From the human T2T-CHM13v2.0 reference genome, Homo sapiens: a DNA stretch of 64,000 nucleotides. Positions 1 to 16,712 of the stretch are shown one piece after another. The stretch is taken from assembly GCF_009914755.1 (NCBI RefSeq), contig NC_060927.1. One strand, written 5' to 3'. How positions within the stretch are numbered: the first letter of the stretch is position 1; every line of letters begins with the position of its first letter. Made by a program: the position numbers and the translations under genes. The notes under the pieces were generated by a model. That model was not told where the DNA came from. It ran no database searches and saw only the letters and a program-made list of their open reading frames with translations.

Positions 1-672
1 TTGAACTGCCTCTCAAATGACACCCTTTGTTCTCATTTCATGCTCACAATCAATCTTCCACTATTTGATTTACATGTGGTTTGGCTAATACAAAATGTGC
101 TGATCAGGCCATCTTAAATATGTAGCTCACCTGACTGTTGTATTTTTCATTATAAATTAGTAAACTAGCCATTTGATAGGCGCAATCTCTGCAAACCTTA
201 TTAAAATGGGATATGTACTCATTTTCAGAGTGCCTAAAAATTCAGTGTCCTGGGCCTATAAGATTCAGGACCAAAGTCTGACCATGACAAGTCAATGTCA
301 CAGTCATGGATCCCTGCTATTTTGTCTGTCCGACATCCCATCCTCTGATGAACTCCTGCCTTCCATTATTTGGGATTCTTTTGGCTCTCAGTCACCAACA
401 CCACCACAACAGGAGTAGGCCTGTGCCCCAATCTTGACCTTAATTCTTCTGGGAATTTGAATCTCCAGTGGAGATACAGGCAGAAGGCAGTTGCAGCTGA
501 GTCATATAATGGCAGTGATGAAGAAATTGTCCTTAGATTCCTGGTACCGCATTTCCTAAAACCATCCTAGTTCCTGTAATTTCCAAACTGTGTTTTTTTT
601 CAGCTCTCATTTCAATTCGTAAACTATCACATCAGTCTTCCAATAAACCCTTTTGCTTCTCAAGTTAGTCAA

Positions 673-1170
673 TGTATTTGTCAGGTCTAACTAGGAAAAC
701 AGAAACTGCTTTTGTGTTTTTGTACCAGATGCAGGGGTTTATAAATGGGTGATGAAAGATCTGTGAAGCCAACCTCACGCTGTGAAACAACCTAGAGATC
801 AGCCATAGCAGGAAGCTACTGTCACCCTTAGGCTGGAGGGATAAAGGGAAAAAGTGGTGTTATCAGAATTAGGAGGCCAGAGTTGCCTGGAAGAAGTTGA
901 AACCACAGTAGACCTATCTGGCAGAAACTAGAGCAATAAAAGAGACTTAGCTGCAGCAGGAGAAGCTGCTGGAGACAGAGAGGGAGAGAAGAAATACTGT
1001 GGCATCTCCCTTCTTCTTGCCTGCCACACTCCCACCAGTGCCTCTCATTAGATAAAGCCAGGTGACGTGGAAGCCGGGCTGACCAGATCAGCCTGATTGT
1101 GTTACAGAGTCCAGAGCCAGTACTGTCATGATGTGTTTCGGTCACCTCCCATGAAAAACCCTAACTGATA
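673..1170. mobile_element. Old LTR-like element (ERVL/MaLR class, family uncertain)
   Basis: Begins TGTATTTGTCAGG...GGAAAACAGAAAC, resembling the reverse-strand end of ERVL-class LTRs; CCCTAACTGATA at ~1160 is also LTR-end-like. Boundaries approximate. Confidence 0.3.
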
Positions 1171-2500
1171 ATAGCCATTGGGGGGCCTTCTGGTACAGGT
1201 ACCTTGTATTCTTTAAATGATCATTTGTACTATGAATTGTACACCTTATTGTAATGGCAATTATATGAACCAAGCATTGTGCCAGGAACTGTTTACATTC
1301 CTTCTTATAAAGTAAATCTAAATATCCAATATAAATTCATGTAGCTCCATGGCATTGGCATTAAGACAGGCTATTTTGGAATCATATCCATTCAAGACTT
1401 TTCACATACTACACAATAAAAGATGAGTTTAACCCTATTCTTTTAATATCTCTAAACTGATCATGTAGTGCCATGTGAATAAGAAATAAAACCTAGTTAA
1501 TTGTGTTCTAGGGAATGGAGAATAAAGAGCCAATTGTCAAAACTTCAAGGAATGCAGTTGTTTACTGTATTTTACAGGGTAAAAACAAGTATAGCTGGAA
1601 AGTTACTGTATGTACAATCAATTTGCTAATAGTACGTTTTTAAAATGTCTATTACTCCTTACAAATCCCTCTAATGACTTAGATTTCTATTTTTATTGTT
1701 GCTGTTTTACCTCTAATGCATGTTTCTTTTGTGATTTCATGAAATGAAGCTGTCTCATTGTAGGTTATGGGGTTATTTATCTTTGTAAATATCCAGCAGA
1801 AAAATCATACCTTTTATGGAAAAAATATTTTTAGAGATTGTTCCAAAGCAAGTTGCCTATGAAGTTTTTCTCCCTGGCCTCTTGGCATCATAAGGATACA
1901 ATTTTTAAAACTGCTAAGGCTACAGATTTTCAATTTTATTCTTCCCTATGGAAAATTACAGAAGAAAACAGATGCTTTAAAAAGAAAAATAAGCCTACCT
2001 ACTACATTTGATTTGTGGAGAAAAAAAATAGAATAAATCATTTAATGGTAATAGGAATTTTAAAAGTGCTCTAAAGGAAGCTGGGTTCAAATGTCAACTC
2101 TGACTCAAAGCTGTCTCTTAAAATGCATATAATTTAGGGTGACATGGCAAAACCTCCACACTCCACTGAGAATTAAATAAACATGGTTGTTGCTAATAAT
2201 TTATAAGAAGTAATAAGATTTAGCTTGGACACAATGAAAGAAATTACTTAAAGGCCAACCAAGCCAAATGGCTGTAGTTTAGTTTAGTGCACCTAAAAAT
2301 TCCAACAACCAGTACCTCCACACACACGTGATTCCAACTTTACCAAAAGAAAGTCTGAGAAGAGGTTAGTTCAAGTTCCATAGATTTCTACTTCTGGTTT
2401 ACAGACATAGGATTATGGAAGAGGGAGCAAATAAATGTTGACTTGACAGTGCACAGGATTAAGGTCTTTCTTTAAAGTTGTGGTGACTCTAGATGTACTA

Positions 2501-3750
<1,250 letters not shown>

Positions 3751-4044
3751 GGACATAGATGAAGCTGGAACCCATCATTCTCAGCAAACTATTGCAAGGA
3801 CAAAAAACCAAACACCACATGTTCTCACTCATAGGTGGGAATTGAACAATGAGAGCACTTGGACACAGGAAGGGGAACATCACACACTGGGGACTGTTGT
3901 GGGGTGGGGGGAGGGGGGAGGGATAGCATTAGGAGATATACCTAATGCTAAATGACGAGTTAATGGGTTCAGCACACCAACATGGCACATGTATACATAT
4001 GTAACTAACCCGCACGTTGTGCACATGTACCCTAAAACTTAAAG

Positions 4045-4047
<3 letters not shown>

Positions 4048-4078
<31 letters not shown>
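4048..4078 (+). repeat. (AAT)n microsatellite derived from the L1 tail
   Basis: About 10 AAT units directly after AAAGTAT at the L1 3' end. Confidence 0.95.
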
Positions 4079-4082
<4 letters not shown>

Positions 4083-4189
4083 GACTAAATACAGATCCTG
4101 AGGTAATAATATTCCAGGGGTTTGTCAAGTCAGTCACAAAGGTCCATTTTCCAAAGTAACAGACTGCAAGAGATAAGAGTTTCAAGAAG

Positions 4190-6614
<2,425 letters not shown>

Positions 6615-6754
6615 TCACTCCCTTCCTTATATCAGGGCGATAATTATCATCAGAATTGTGGTCCAGGATTCATTGTCATCCAAAGTGGTGTTTGTTCTAT
6701 CTATCCATCCATACTTTTAGACTTTTATGCTTATGTATTCTCTATGAACAGTTC

Positions 6755-7160
6755 TATCAGTTACCTTTCGATGTGTAGCAGCAAATCACCTCCAAACTTG
6801 GTGGCTCAAAGCAACAAACATATTATTTCTCATAATTCTGTAGCTCTGGTGAGTAGTTCTTCTTTCTGGTCTAGGAACTAGATCTCTACCTTGGTTTCAC
6901 AAATATGTCTGGCAGTTGGCTCAATGTCAGTCAGGATGACAGGAATGACTTGACCAAGTGTCTCACATCGTCCAACAGAATGGATGAGGCTTATTCACTC
7001 ATTCACACTGTTGTGCTCACCAGAGTTCCCAAGAGAAGCAAGATTAAAGTGGTGTCCAAGCACTTTTTAAGTCTCTGCCATGTTGTTTGCTATGATACCA
7101 TTAGCCAAAGCAAGTCATGCAACTTCATGTGGGAGGGGCCTTTCCATAGGGACAGATGCA
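6755..7160 (-). mobile_element. MLT1 (MaLR) LTR relic
   Basis: CAAATCACCTCCAAACTTGGTGGCTCAAAGCAAC and CCATTAGCCAAAGCAAGTCATG resemble MLT1 motifs. Confidence 0.6.
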
Positions 7161-7467
7161 GGAAGGGGAAATTTAGAGTATCACATTGCGTTTCTAGAAT
7201 ATTACATATACAGCGGCATAAGTCCATTTCTTTTAACAACTTGCTTTTGTCACTCAAAACTCTCCTTGTGCTTTAGTCATGTCGACAAATAGATCTAATT
7301 TATTCATTTTAACTGTTGTAGAATATTTCACTGTGTTATACGATGGTATAAATATATGATGGTATATTTGTCTACTCCTCAATTTACATTTACATTTACA
7401 TTGTTCTCAGTTTTTATTTTTCATAAACTACAAAAATGCTGCAATGAACAGCCTTGTAAATTTTCTC

Positions 7468-7469
<2 letters not shown>

Positions 7470-7518
<49 letters not shown>
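7470..7518. repeat. (GT)n microsatellite
   Basis: About 22 uninterrupted GT units. Confidence 0.97.
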
Positions 7519-7529
7519 ATTTTCTCTAA

Positions 7530-7609
7530 AGGGTGGTTACATCCACTGACATTTTTACCTTTGTTGTGAGGGACTGTCCTGTGCATTGTAGATGGTTAAT
7601 AGCATCCCT
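7530..7609. mobile_element. MER20-like hAT fragment
   Basis: GGGACTGTCCTGTGCATTGTAGATGGTTAATAGCATCCCT resembles the MER20 internal motif. Confidence 0.55.
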
Positions 7610-8536
7610 CGACAACCCACAGAATGGGAGAAAATATTTGCAAACTATGCATCTGACAAAGGACTAGTATCCAGAATCCACAAGGAACTCAAATAAATCA
7701 GCAAGAAAAAAACAAACAATCCCATCTAAAAGTGGACTAAGGACATGAATAGACATTTCTCAAAAGAAGGTGTACAAACAGCCAACAAACATGAAAAAAT
7801 GCTCAACATCACTAACCGTCAGGGAAATGCAAATTAAAAACACAGTGAGATACCTGTAAGAATGGCCATAATTAAAAAGTAGAAAAAAAATAGATATTAG
7901 TGTGGATGTGGTGAAAAGGGAATGCTTTTACACTGTTGGTAGGAATATAAATTAGTACAACCTCTTTGGAAAACAGTGTGGCAATTCCTTAAAGAACTAA
8001 AACTAGATCTACCATTTGAACCAGCAATCCCACCACTCTGTATCTACCCAGAGGAAAAGAAGTCATTATACGAAAAAGATACTTGAGCACAGATGTTTAT
8101 AGCAGCACAATTCACAATTGCAAAGATACAGAACCAACCTAAGTGCCCATCGACCAACGAGTAAATAAAGAAAATGTGGTATACATACACCATGGGATAC
8201 TACTCAGTCATAAAGGAACAAAATATTGTCTTTTGCAGCAACTTGGATAAAGCTGGAGGCCATTATTCTAAGTAACTCAGGAATGGAAAACCAAATATCG
8301 TGTGTTCTCACTTACAAGTGGGGGCTAAGCTATGACGATGTGAAGACATCCAGAGTGAAATAATAGATTTCGGAGACTCGGAAGGGGAGGGTGGGAGGGG
8401 AGAGAGGAATTAAAAAAAAACTACATATTGAGCACAATGTACGCAATTTGGGTGATGAATGTACTAAAATGTCAGAACTCACCACTACAGAGTTCATCCA
8501 CATAACCAAAAATCACTCGTACCCCAAAAGCTATTA
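7610..8536 (+). mobile_element. 5'-truncated older primate L1 3' end (L1PA15/16- or L1PB-like)
   Basis: Degenerate ORF2 C-terminus (GACAACCCACAGAATGGGAGAAAATATTTGC...) and 3'UTR ending GTACCCCAAAAGCTATT. Confidence 0.85.
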
Positions 8537-8539
8537 CTT

Positions 8540-9950
8540 TTTTAGATTTACTCACTTGTCTGCCAATTTCTTTGCTCTGCATCTTTTCTTGCATTCTAAT
8601 TCTTCTTTTTTACATTTTTTAAGAAACTCTCAGCAAGCAGTTTTTGCCCTTAGTATTAAGTGCTAGTTTACTTAGATATAGAATTCCAGTCTAACAATTA
8701 TTTTCTCTCTTAGAGAAATCCAATGTTAGTCTACCTGTTTCTTCACAGGTAACTTCTCTTCTCTCAGTGATTGTTTTTAAGAATTTCATCTTTGATGTCC
8801 TGCCATTTTACTGAGACACATCTAGGTGGCATTTATTTATATTTTAAACTTACTCTTCTCCAGGCATTGAATGTGTCCTCATTCTGAGAACCCAGGTCTT
8901 TCTTCAATTATAAAATATTATCGGTTATAGTTTCTTCTAATGTTACATCTTTCATTTCTCTCTGGGGGCCTTATTTTATAGGTATATGTTGGATCTTCTC
9001 ATTCTATTTACCATGTCTGTTAACCTGTCTGTTGCTGTTTGTCTTTTTTGTTTTGAGGTATGAAACACGTACAGAGAAGTGAACTAAGTCCGCAAACTGA
9101 ACACATAGAGCTTGAAAACCTGCATGTTTACATATACGTATACACATCCATGTAGCCACAACCCATACTGAGATACAGAATATTACCAGCAGCACAGAAG
9201 TCTCCCTTGTGTCCTTTTTCAAGCAGTATTACCCTTTGTCTCCAGAGGTAATCATTCCTCTTACTTCCATCACCTTGATTAGTTTTGCCTGTTCTTGAAT
9301 TTCACATAATTATACATACAGTATGTACTCCTTTCAGTCTAGCTTCAACATACTCTAATATTCATTCATTCTTTTAACTTCTTTTATGTTTTCATATTTT
9401 TTTCTCTCTATTCTACATTCTGCGTAATTTCCTCAGACTTATTTCCAGTTTGCTATTTTTTCCAGCTTGTCTTGTTTGCTATTAAACTTATCTAATATAT
9501 ATTTCATTTCGATGATTCCATTTTTCATTTCTGTCAATTCTGTTTTATTTTCAAGTTGACCTCTTATTTTTATGCTTGGGTCATGTCATGTTATATGTTA
9601 AAATTTTGTCTTATTGAATCATTTCAAGAATACTTTTTCTATAGTCTCTTTTAGCTTGCAATTATTTGAGTTCATGGGGAGTGAATTCTCTCTGTGGCTT
9701 CTACTATGATGGAGAAATGGCATGGTACGTCTACTATGATAGAGACTCTGGCAGATAATCATCTCTTGTAGATTAATAATTGTTTATTTTGAACCATTTT
9801 ATGTACCCATCCTCCGTGAAATTTCTTAATATCCTAGGTTCATTAAATGTCTATATAAAATAGTTCTTTTCTGCATCTGTTTCTGCTAGAGAAGGACACA
9901 GATTTCACTGGCCCCAAAACATATTTTACGTTAATTTCTGTACTTGGGAC
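8540..9950 (-). mobile_element. Highly diverged L1M/L1ME fragments
   Basis: T-rich sequence with L1M-like phrases; nested L1ME-like 3' end ~9040-9370. Boundaries approximate. Confidence 0.45.
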
Positions 9951-10935
9951 TTCTACACTTCACGAGAAGTATATATTTACTTTCTCTAACTATTGTTTAG
10001 CATAGACGTGTGATTTTGATTGCTCAAGCAAAACAATAATTTTACCCTAAAACACAGGTAGACAGCAGGTTTACCTGGGCTGAAGAGCATAGTATTTATA
10101 GATCCCCTTATATAGAGATATATGCAGTCCTAACTCCCCACCTCATCCAGAGCCCAGTCACATCTCCTGTCCCAAGTGAGTGTGAAAATCCAGCTTTTGA
10201 ACACTAAGACCTGGGTCTCATGCCTCTCTGTTTATAGAAATTGTAGAATTAACTTTATTGCGAACTTTGCTTTGTATTGTTTCGTATCATTGGAAATTCC
10301 AGCTCAGTTGGGCCCCTACATGACTGCAGCCCCAGCTGACACCACGATGCAAAGGAATCCAAAAAAAGTGTGATTTATAATAAGTGCTGGTTGTTTTTTT
10401 AAGCTTCTATTGTTACACAGCAAAGATAACTTGGATAACTAAATTACTTCTGTCATCTCCATGCTTTCTGTAAGGTCTGGTTAAAGGTTGCCATCAAGAT
10501 GCTGTCATCTGTGGAAAGAATTGAGCGAAGGATATTGCCACCTTCCCTTGCACTTGCAGGGAGGAAGTATAGAGGAGCGCAGAAAGAGGAATGCCCACAA
10601 AATGTGACCCACAAAGGGATGGACAGAGATATATGTGAAGAGCAGACAGCAGTTCACATCCAGATGGCTGGCCAGTGTAATTCCTGAGAATTCCCAAAAG
10701 TACCCACGAAGGGGAATCTGACAAAGACTAGATGTATAACATCACTGAGTTGAGGACTTGAGCTGTAGTGATGTGTGCATTAAAAATGTGACCTTACAGA
10801 GCCCAGTGGAGACCGAAGAAAAGGAGTACCATCCAGAAGATAGTGCTGGTTCATTCAGCTAAACATAAATGGAGCCAAAATCAGTAGAAAACCAAGGGCC
10901 CAGGGCATTAATTCCAAGACTGTGAGTGTATGGGT

Positions 10936-10962
10936 TTTGTTTCTTTGTTTGTTTGTTTGTTT

Positions 10963-10993
<31 letters not shown>

Positions 10994-11012
10994 ATACATG
11001 CATATATATGTG
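10936..11012. repeat. Compound (TTTG)n-(TG)n microsatellite
   Basis: Direct reading. Confidence 0.95.
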
Positions 11013-11534
11013 TTAGGTTTCTGGAAAGACAGAATGGTAACATTCACTATTAAACCTGCAGAAAGGAGAAACAAGATAAGCTTTAAATATATATATATTA
11101 GATGTGGCAGCTAGATTTATTTATTCCTGTATGAATAGTTGGGCTAGATGGGTAAGATCCCTTTCTGTCCTGAAATTATTTGATTCTAATGCTTTCATGT
11201 ATCACTGTCTTTTCGATTCACATTGTAGAGCTCTTCTCTGTTTTATACTGTTCTCTGTTTAAGAGGAAATAAGAATGTCACTATGTACTGAAGACAGTGT
11301 AACCCACTGGCTTTTATCAGCTTAATATTCTCTACCCTAACTCAGATAACGTTAGTATATGCGTACCTGCACTTCCTTCCCATCGGCCCATGCAAAGTGC
11401 CTGAATACATAAGTAAATAGATAATTCCCCAATTAACCTAGGTTTTGCATATGAATAATAGTGTTTTTGGAACAAGGAATATGATCATGACAGATATTAA
11501 TATAACTTTATGTCTACAGACCCACTACATAATG

Positions 11535-11700
11535 ATGACTAACACTTTTTGGGTACTGCACGAAACAGTCACTGCTCTAAGTACTTTTAAATATTAGTAA
11601 TTTAATCCTCAACAAACCGTAAGGAGTATACTATTACTATTTTCATTTTATAAATGAGAAAACTAAAAAGCCAGAGGTTAATTTACCTGACGAAGGCTCA
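11535..11700 (-). mobile_element. MIR SINE
   Basis: TTTAATCCTCAACAAACC...CATTTTATAAATGAGAAAACT...AGAGGTTAA MIR core. Confidence 0.65.
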
Positions 11701-11719
11701 GATTTTTCAAATGTCAGTG

Positions 11720-12112
11720 TTGGTGCAGATTGGGTTCTCCAGCAAACACATCGAGAGATGGATATTAGTGTGTAGAGTTTCCTTAGAAGGTCTCTCAGGA
11801 TAAACATGTGTAGAAGGGAAGAGAAAGAAGTGGCATTGAACAGGAAGAGAACTTATACTGAATGCAGTAATAACAATATCCTTCATCAATACCCTGGGAA
11901 TTCTGAAGCTGAAGTGACCCTTCAGAGTAGTTCCAGGTAGGGTGAGGGGACTAGGACTTCTACGTAGACAGTCATGTGATGAATACTGCCCTTGGAGAAG
12001 GGGACATGACTTTGGTGAAGCGGCTCTCTCCAGACAAGTGTACTTTCTAGAAAAGAGCAGCCACTAGGAGATTTAGTTTCTCAGTTCTGAAGGAGAAACT
12101 GGGCAGTGCATC
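11720..12112 (-). mobile_element. LTR16-like ERVL solo LTR
   Basis: AGATTGGGTTCTCCAGCAAACAC...GAGATGGATATTAGTGTGTAG start and ...GGGCAGTGCATCC end resemble the LTR16 group. Confidence 0.5.
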
Positions 12113-12129
12113 CAGCATTATTATATATG

Positions 12130-12262
12130 TGCCTATGAATTACTCAAGGATCTTCTTAAAGTGCAGATTCTGATTCAGTGGGTCTGGGCTATGGCTGAGC
12201 TTTGGGATTTCTAATAAACTTCCAGGCAATGCCAATGTTGCTGGTTTATGGTAGCAAGGTTG
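12130..12262. mobile_element. MER5-like hAT-Charlie fragment
   Basis: TGCAGATTCTGATTCAGTGGGTCTGGG...ATTTCTAATAAACTTCCAGGCAATGCCAATGTTGCTGG. Confidence 0.65.
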
Positions 12263-12399
12263 TGGTCATGTAGCTTAAATGCTACAAAGCCAAGAGTAGA
12301 ACCTAGCCTGTCTGATTATGACTCTGTGGTATTATCACCCTGCTGCACTGCCTCTTCAAGAAATCCTCTGCTAAAATTTTAATTCCAGGGAACTAACTT

Positions 12400-12970
12400 G
12401 ATAGATGCCAGACTGACTGGCTTTAGAGCATTTTCAGGTCTCCTGGCCTACAGCTTTAATGGACATGCTACTCCGAGCATTTGTTTATGACAAATATTTT
12501 TTGCTTAGCTCAACTTTCGTCAGGCTTCTGAAACTTTTCTTAGACTCGTCTATGCACTTTCTTGTAAAATCCAGTTTTAGCAAAGAACACTGCTAAGTCA
12601 GTTTAGCAAGAACCCCTACCCTTCATATCTGATCACCCTCAATATCTGATCAGGTTCCTCATCCTCTACCATCCCCCTCGGGTAATACACTAGCCTGTCT
12701 TCAGCAAGAATCCTGTTAGATCTGTTTAACCAGAATCCCCCTTACCCATGATGTTTCCTCTTCGTAATTTTTCATCTGCTGACTGCCACACTTCTCCTTG
12801 GCTATAAATTCCTGCTTGGTTGTGCCGTATTCAGAGTTGAGATCAATCTTTCTCTCCCTCACTCTAAAACCCCATTGCAGTGCTCCCTACACCCATCATG
12901 AAGTTTCAGAATAAAGTATTTCTTACAAGTGTCTTGTTTTAACAAGTATCATTGATTTTTTTCTTTAACG
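12400..12970 (+). mobile_element. ERV1 (MER4-group) solo LTR, family tentative
   Basis: Internal repeats TTTAGCAA(A)GAAC and ATATCTGATCA, TATAAA at 12803-12808, AATAAA at 12910-12915, end TTTTCTTTAAC; 5' boundary uncertain. Confidence 0.6.
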
Positions 12971-14114
12971 CCCATTGCTATATCTTATAATTGCTGACTT
13001 TCTTAGTTTTCCCTCCATTTTCAATAAGGCAAAAATATATATTTTTTAAAAGCCCGTCAGTTCCACAACAAAGTGCTGCTGATCCAATCATCTCAAGCAA
13101 CTTTGACACCATCCTACTACTCAGTGTTAAGGAGCTTGCAAAGTCTTAGTTATGTTTTCATCCAGGAAGTTCTTTTCAGCTAGGCTGACAGTTATTTTTC
13201 TTTTTGACCTTTAAGCAAGCATATAGAACATGACAATGACCTTAGCTACTCGGTATTCATAATTTGTGGCACACATTGGCTATTATTATTTTTATCAGAA
13301 AATTACCATTTTTCTATTTAAAGAACTTATTATATTCTCAGGTATAATTTTATTATGTACTAGAGCCAATTCCCACCCCCCCCTCCCCCCGCAAAGGAGC
13401 TTATCTTCAGTTTCGTAATGAGAATCAGTAAGAGAACTGGATTTGACATCCAGGTTCATTTATACTCGATTTTTTAGAAGCAACTCTATTCTATGAAGTC
13501 AAACCTATACTAAGAATTTCCCAGGTTACAATATACTATTAATTACATTATGATACTTTTCTTACTGTGTATGTCCCACAAGCACAGAAGGAAGAAGATA
13601 AAATGCTATGCAATTTTAAAATGTCTATACAAAGGACAAATGTGAGAATCAGTAACATATGTGTGTCAACTCTTGCTTTAAATTCTTGTAAAAAAAACTA
13701 CAGTCTAATTCTTTTACTTTTTATTATTTTAGAACAAGTGTATAGGATGCGTATATATTCACACAGACTGTATATATGCATACACATATATACATATATA
13801 TATTTCTATATAGAGATTAGGTAACAGAGATACAGAAAAGAAAATGACCTACTTGGAGACATTTATTGGATTGTAGAAAATAAAATCTTGAACTGAGCAA
13901 CATTCTGGTTAAGAAAACTCTTCTAGCTCAGTCTGTTCCCTAGGCAACAGAAGTCTGTGTTTAAAAAAAAGCACTTGGAGTAGTTATGGTTTCAGAGGTA
14001 TTCTTCATTCAGGAGATTCATAAGGGAAAATCTTTCCATTCTGTTCAAATACTGCATCTGTAATGGGGACTTTATAAGAATTGGGGTCAGCAGATAGTGT
14101 AGCTGGGCTTCTAG

Positions 14115-14334
14115 AATGATGGTTCTCAAAGTGTAGCCCCTGGACCAGCAGCAATAGTAGCAGTAGCAGCAGTAGCAGCACATGGGAACTTGTTAGAAAT
14201 GTGAATTCTATGTCTCTATCCTAAATCTGCTGAATTAGAAACTGGAGCAAGGAGTAAGAGAGAAAGGAGGCAGCAATCTGTTTCGCAAATCCTCCAAGTG
14301 GTTCTGAAGCCCACAGGAGTTTGAGAACCACAGT
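14115..14334. mobile_element. MER5A DNA transposon
   Basis: Inverted termini TGGTTCTCAAAGTG ... GAGTTTGAGAACCACAG; internal GGAACTTGTTAGAAATG. Confidence 0.8.
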
Positions 14335-15183
14335 GGTTATAATACATTTTAGGTCTGTTTAGAACCGCTTCTGTTTCAGAGTAATTTTCTATACACGTAA
14401 ATAGATACACATGTATGGACAAAAAATTTTTGAAATATTAGTTAGAAGAAACTTGTACTAAAACAGTTGTATCAGAAACAACTTTCTTACTAAAAAGAAT
14501 TGGATTAGGATAGTCTCTGACATTCCTTTTAATGCCCTTTTCTATGTCTAAACTATAACAGTTCCAAGTTGCATGGGAAGCCTCAGCAGTGAAGACACCA
14601 CCATTGAATTTAATTTCAAGCAATATTGAGAAGGGCGGTCACAGCAAGAGATATCTTTCAGGAGGAAAAAGACCTCTTTATGGGAAATGACTATCATTGG
14701 ATTGTTAAAGGAACCATCCTATTGAGGTGGAGATAGAGTTTGCAATGCTCACTCTTCCTGTTGCTTAGAGAGAAGGTCAGGGAAGATAAGAACTGTGAAC
14801 AGGAAAGGAGTCACTATCTTTATTTTGTTTCTGGCCTTTCTTCCTTTTGCTAGTTGATATTGGCAAGATGGAGAAGAAAAGACGAAATCCTTGCTTTCAA
14901 AACTATAGAAGAAATAATCTAGGATGTTCATAATCCATGGCTAAGAAGTTGGAAAGTTCTGATAATATGCTCATCTAAAATATTGCAGCTATCCATCCTA
15001 GCCCTAGAAACAGCTAAATACAAGCTAGCCAGGTAAAGAAGAAAGTAAAATCTACTGAGATATGGAGATGAAAGTGAAGCTGGATTAAGCTTTAATTTAT
15101 ATCTTAGGGCTTAATGTAACAAGAACTACATAGTTTTTAAAAACTACTTTTCAATTAACATATTGTACTGTATTAAACACTGA

Positions 15184-15505
<322 letters not shown>

Positions 15506-15834
15506 ATATTTTACTTTTAAAGTCAGTAGAATACGTATCAACAAAAAATTATAAGCCCTAATAAATTTACTAATATCCCAATTTAACTCTAAAACTGTAA
15601 TAAAGACATAAATAAACAATGTGTTGCAGATGTATTTTAAAATAACAACACTAATTTATGGGACACATTATGTTGAGAGTAACTATTGTGGCATTAATAA
15701 TGTGGATTTTAAATTCAAGTCCAGTTCTAAACTTAATTTAAAAATTTTTAATGTTTTACTTAAATATAGTGTTTTTCAAGTGGTTTTATGTATTTGTTCT
15801 AATAATTATATACTTTTAAAACTATAATGAATGG

Positions 15835-16050
15835 GGAAATTATTGAGCTATCACTCAGTAACGACATGTAGCCCCCAATTTATATGTTCCCAAAATATGA
15901 TTTCATGTAATTCTGACAATCCTCTGTGGTCACACCATTATAATCTTCACTTTGTACGTTGTTAAGGAATTTAGTCAAGTTCACCCAGCTAGTAAATAGT
16001 GGAGGCAAGATTTGATGCTGATCTGTCTGACTCCAAACACTGCTCTTAAT
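15835..16050 (-). mobile_element. MIR relic
   Basis: TCACCCAGCTAGTAAATAGTGGAGGCAAGATTTGA...CTGTCTGACTCCAAA. Confidence 0.55.
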
Positions 16051-16269
16051 CTCTGTGCTTGTTCGCCTCAATCGATCATATCTGTGATTTAAGGCGGGTA
16101 GTTGACCATGCAACCCACAAATACATTGTCCCCTTGTAGTCTATATTCTAGCTGCAAGTCTAGTTCTTTGTTGGGGTTAACATATCTTTTTAAAGTTGAC
16201 TATATGTTTCATATATCCAGAAATAAAGGTGTCGGAAAAAAGAATAAAAATAAAGTTTAAAATTATTTC

Positions 16270-16712
16270 TATTTTTAAAATTAACTTATTTTATAACCAA
16301 TTAAGGCAAATTTTATATATTGTGTAAATCACTCATTTCAAAAAGTGTACATTTCAATCATTTTAAAAATAAATTTATCAAGTTGCACAACCATTGCAAT
16401 ACATCAGTTTTAAAACATTTCCATTACTTCAGTGAGATCCTCATGCCCATTACTTTTAATTCTCCTCACCACCCACCCCGCTCAGGCACCAGTAATCTGA
16501 TTTCAGTCTTTATAGATTTGCCTTTTCTGGAAATTTCATTTCAACAGAATCATATAACATGTGGTCTCTTGTATCTGGCTTCTTTCACATAACATAATGT
16601 TTTTAAAATTCATCCATATCATAGCATGTGTCTGTAGCCCATTCCATTTAATTGCTGGATAGTATTCAATTGTATGAATCTACCCCATTTTCTCTGTCCA
16701 TTTACTGGTTGA
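16270..16712 (-). mobile_element. L1M (L1MB/MC-like) 3' end
   Basis: TATAGATTTGCCTTTTCTGGAAATTTCAT...TGTATCTGGCTTCTTTCACATAACATAATG. Confidence 0.75.

Noticed and set aside
10490-10860. Purine-rich unique stretch that could be a processed pseudogene or exon
   Set aside because: No recognisable protein, poly(A) tail, TSD or convincing splice pair.
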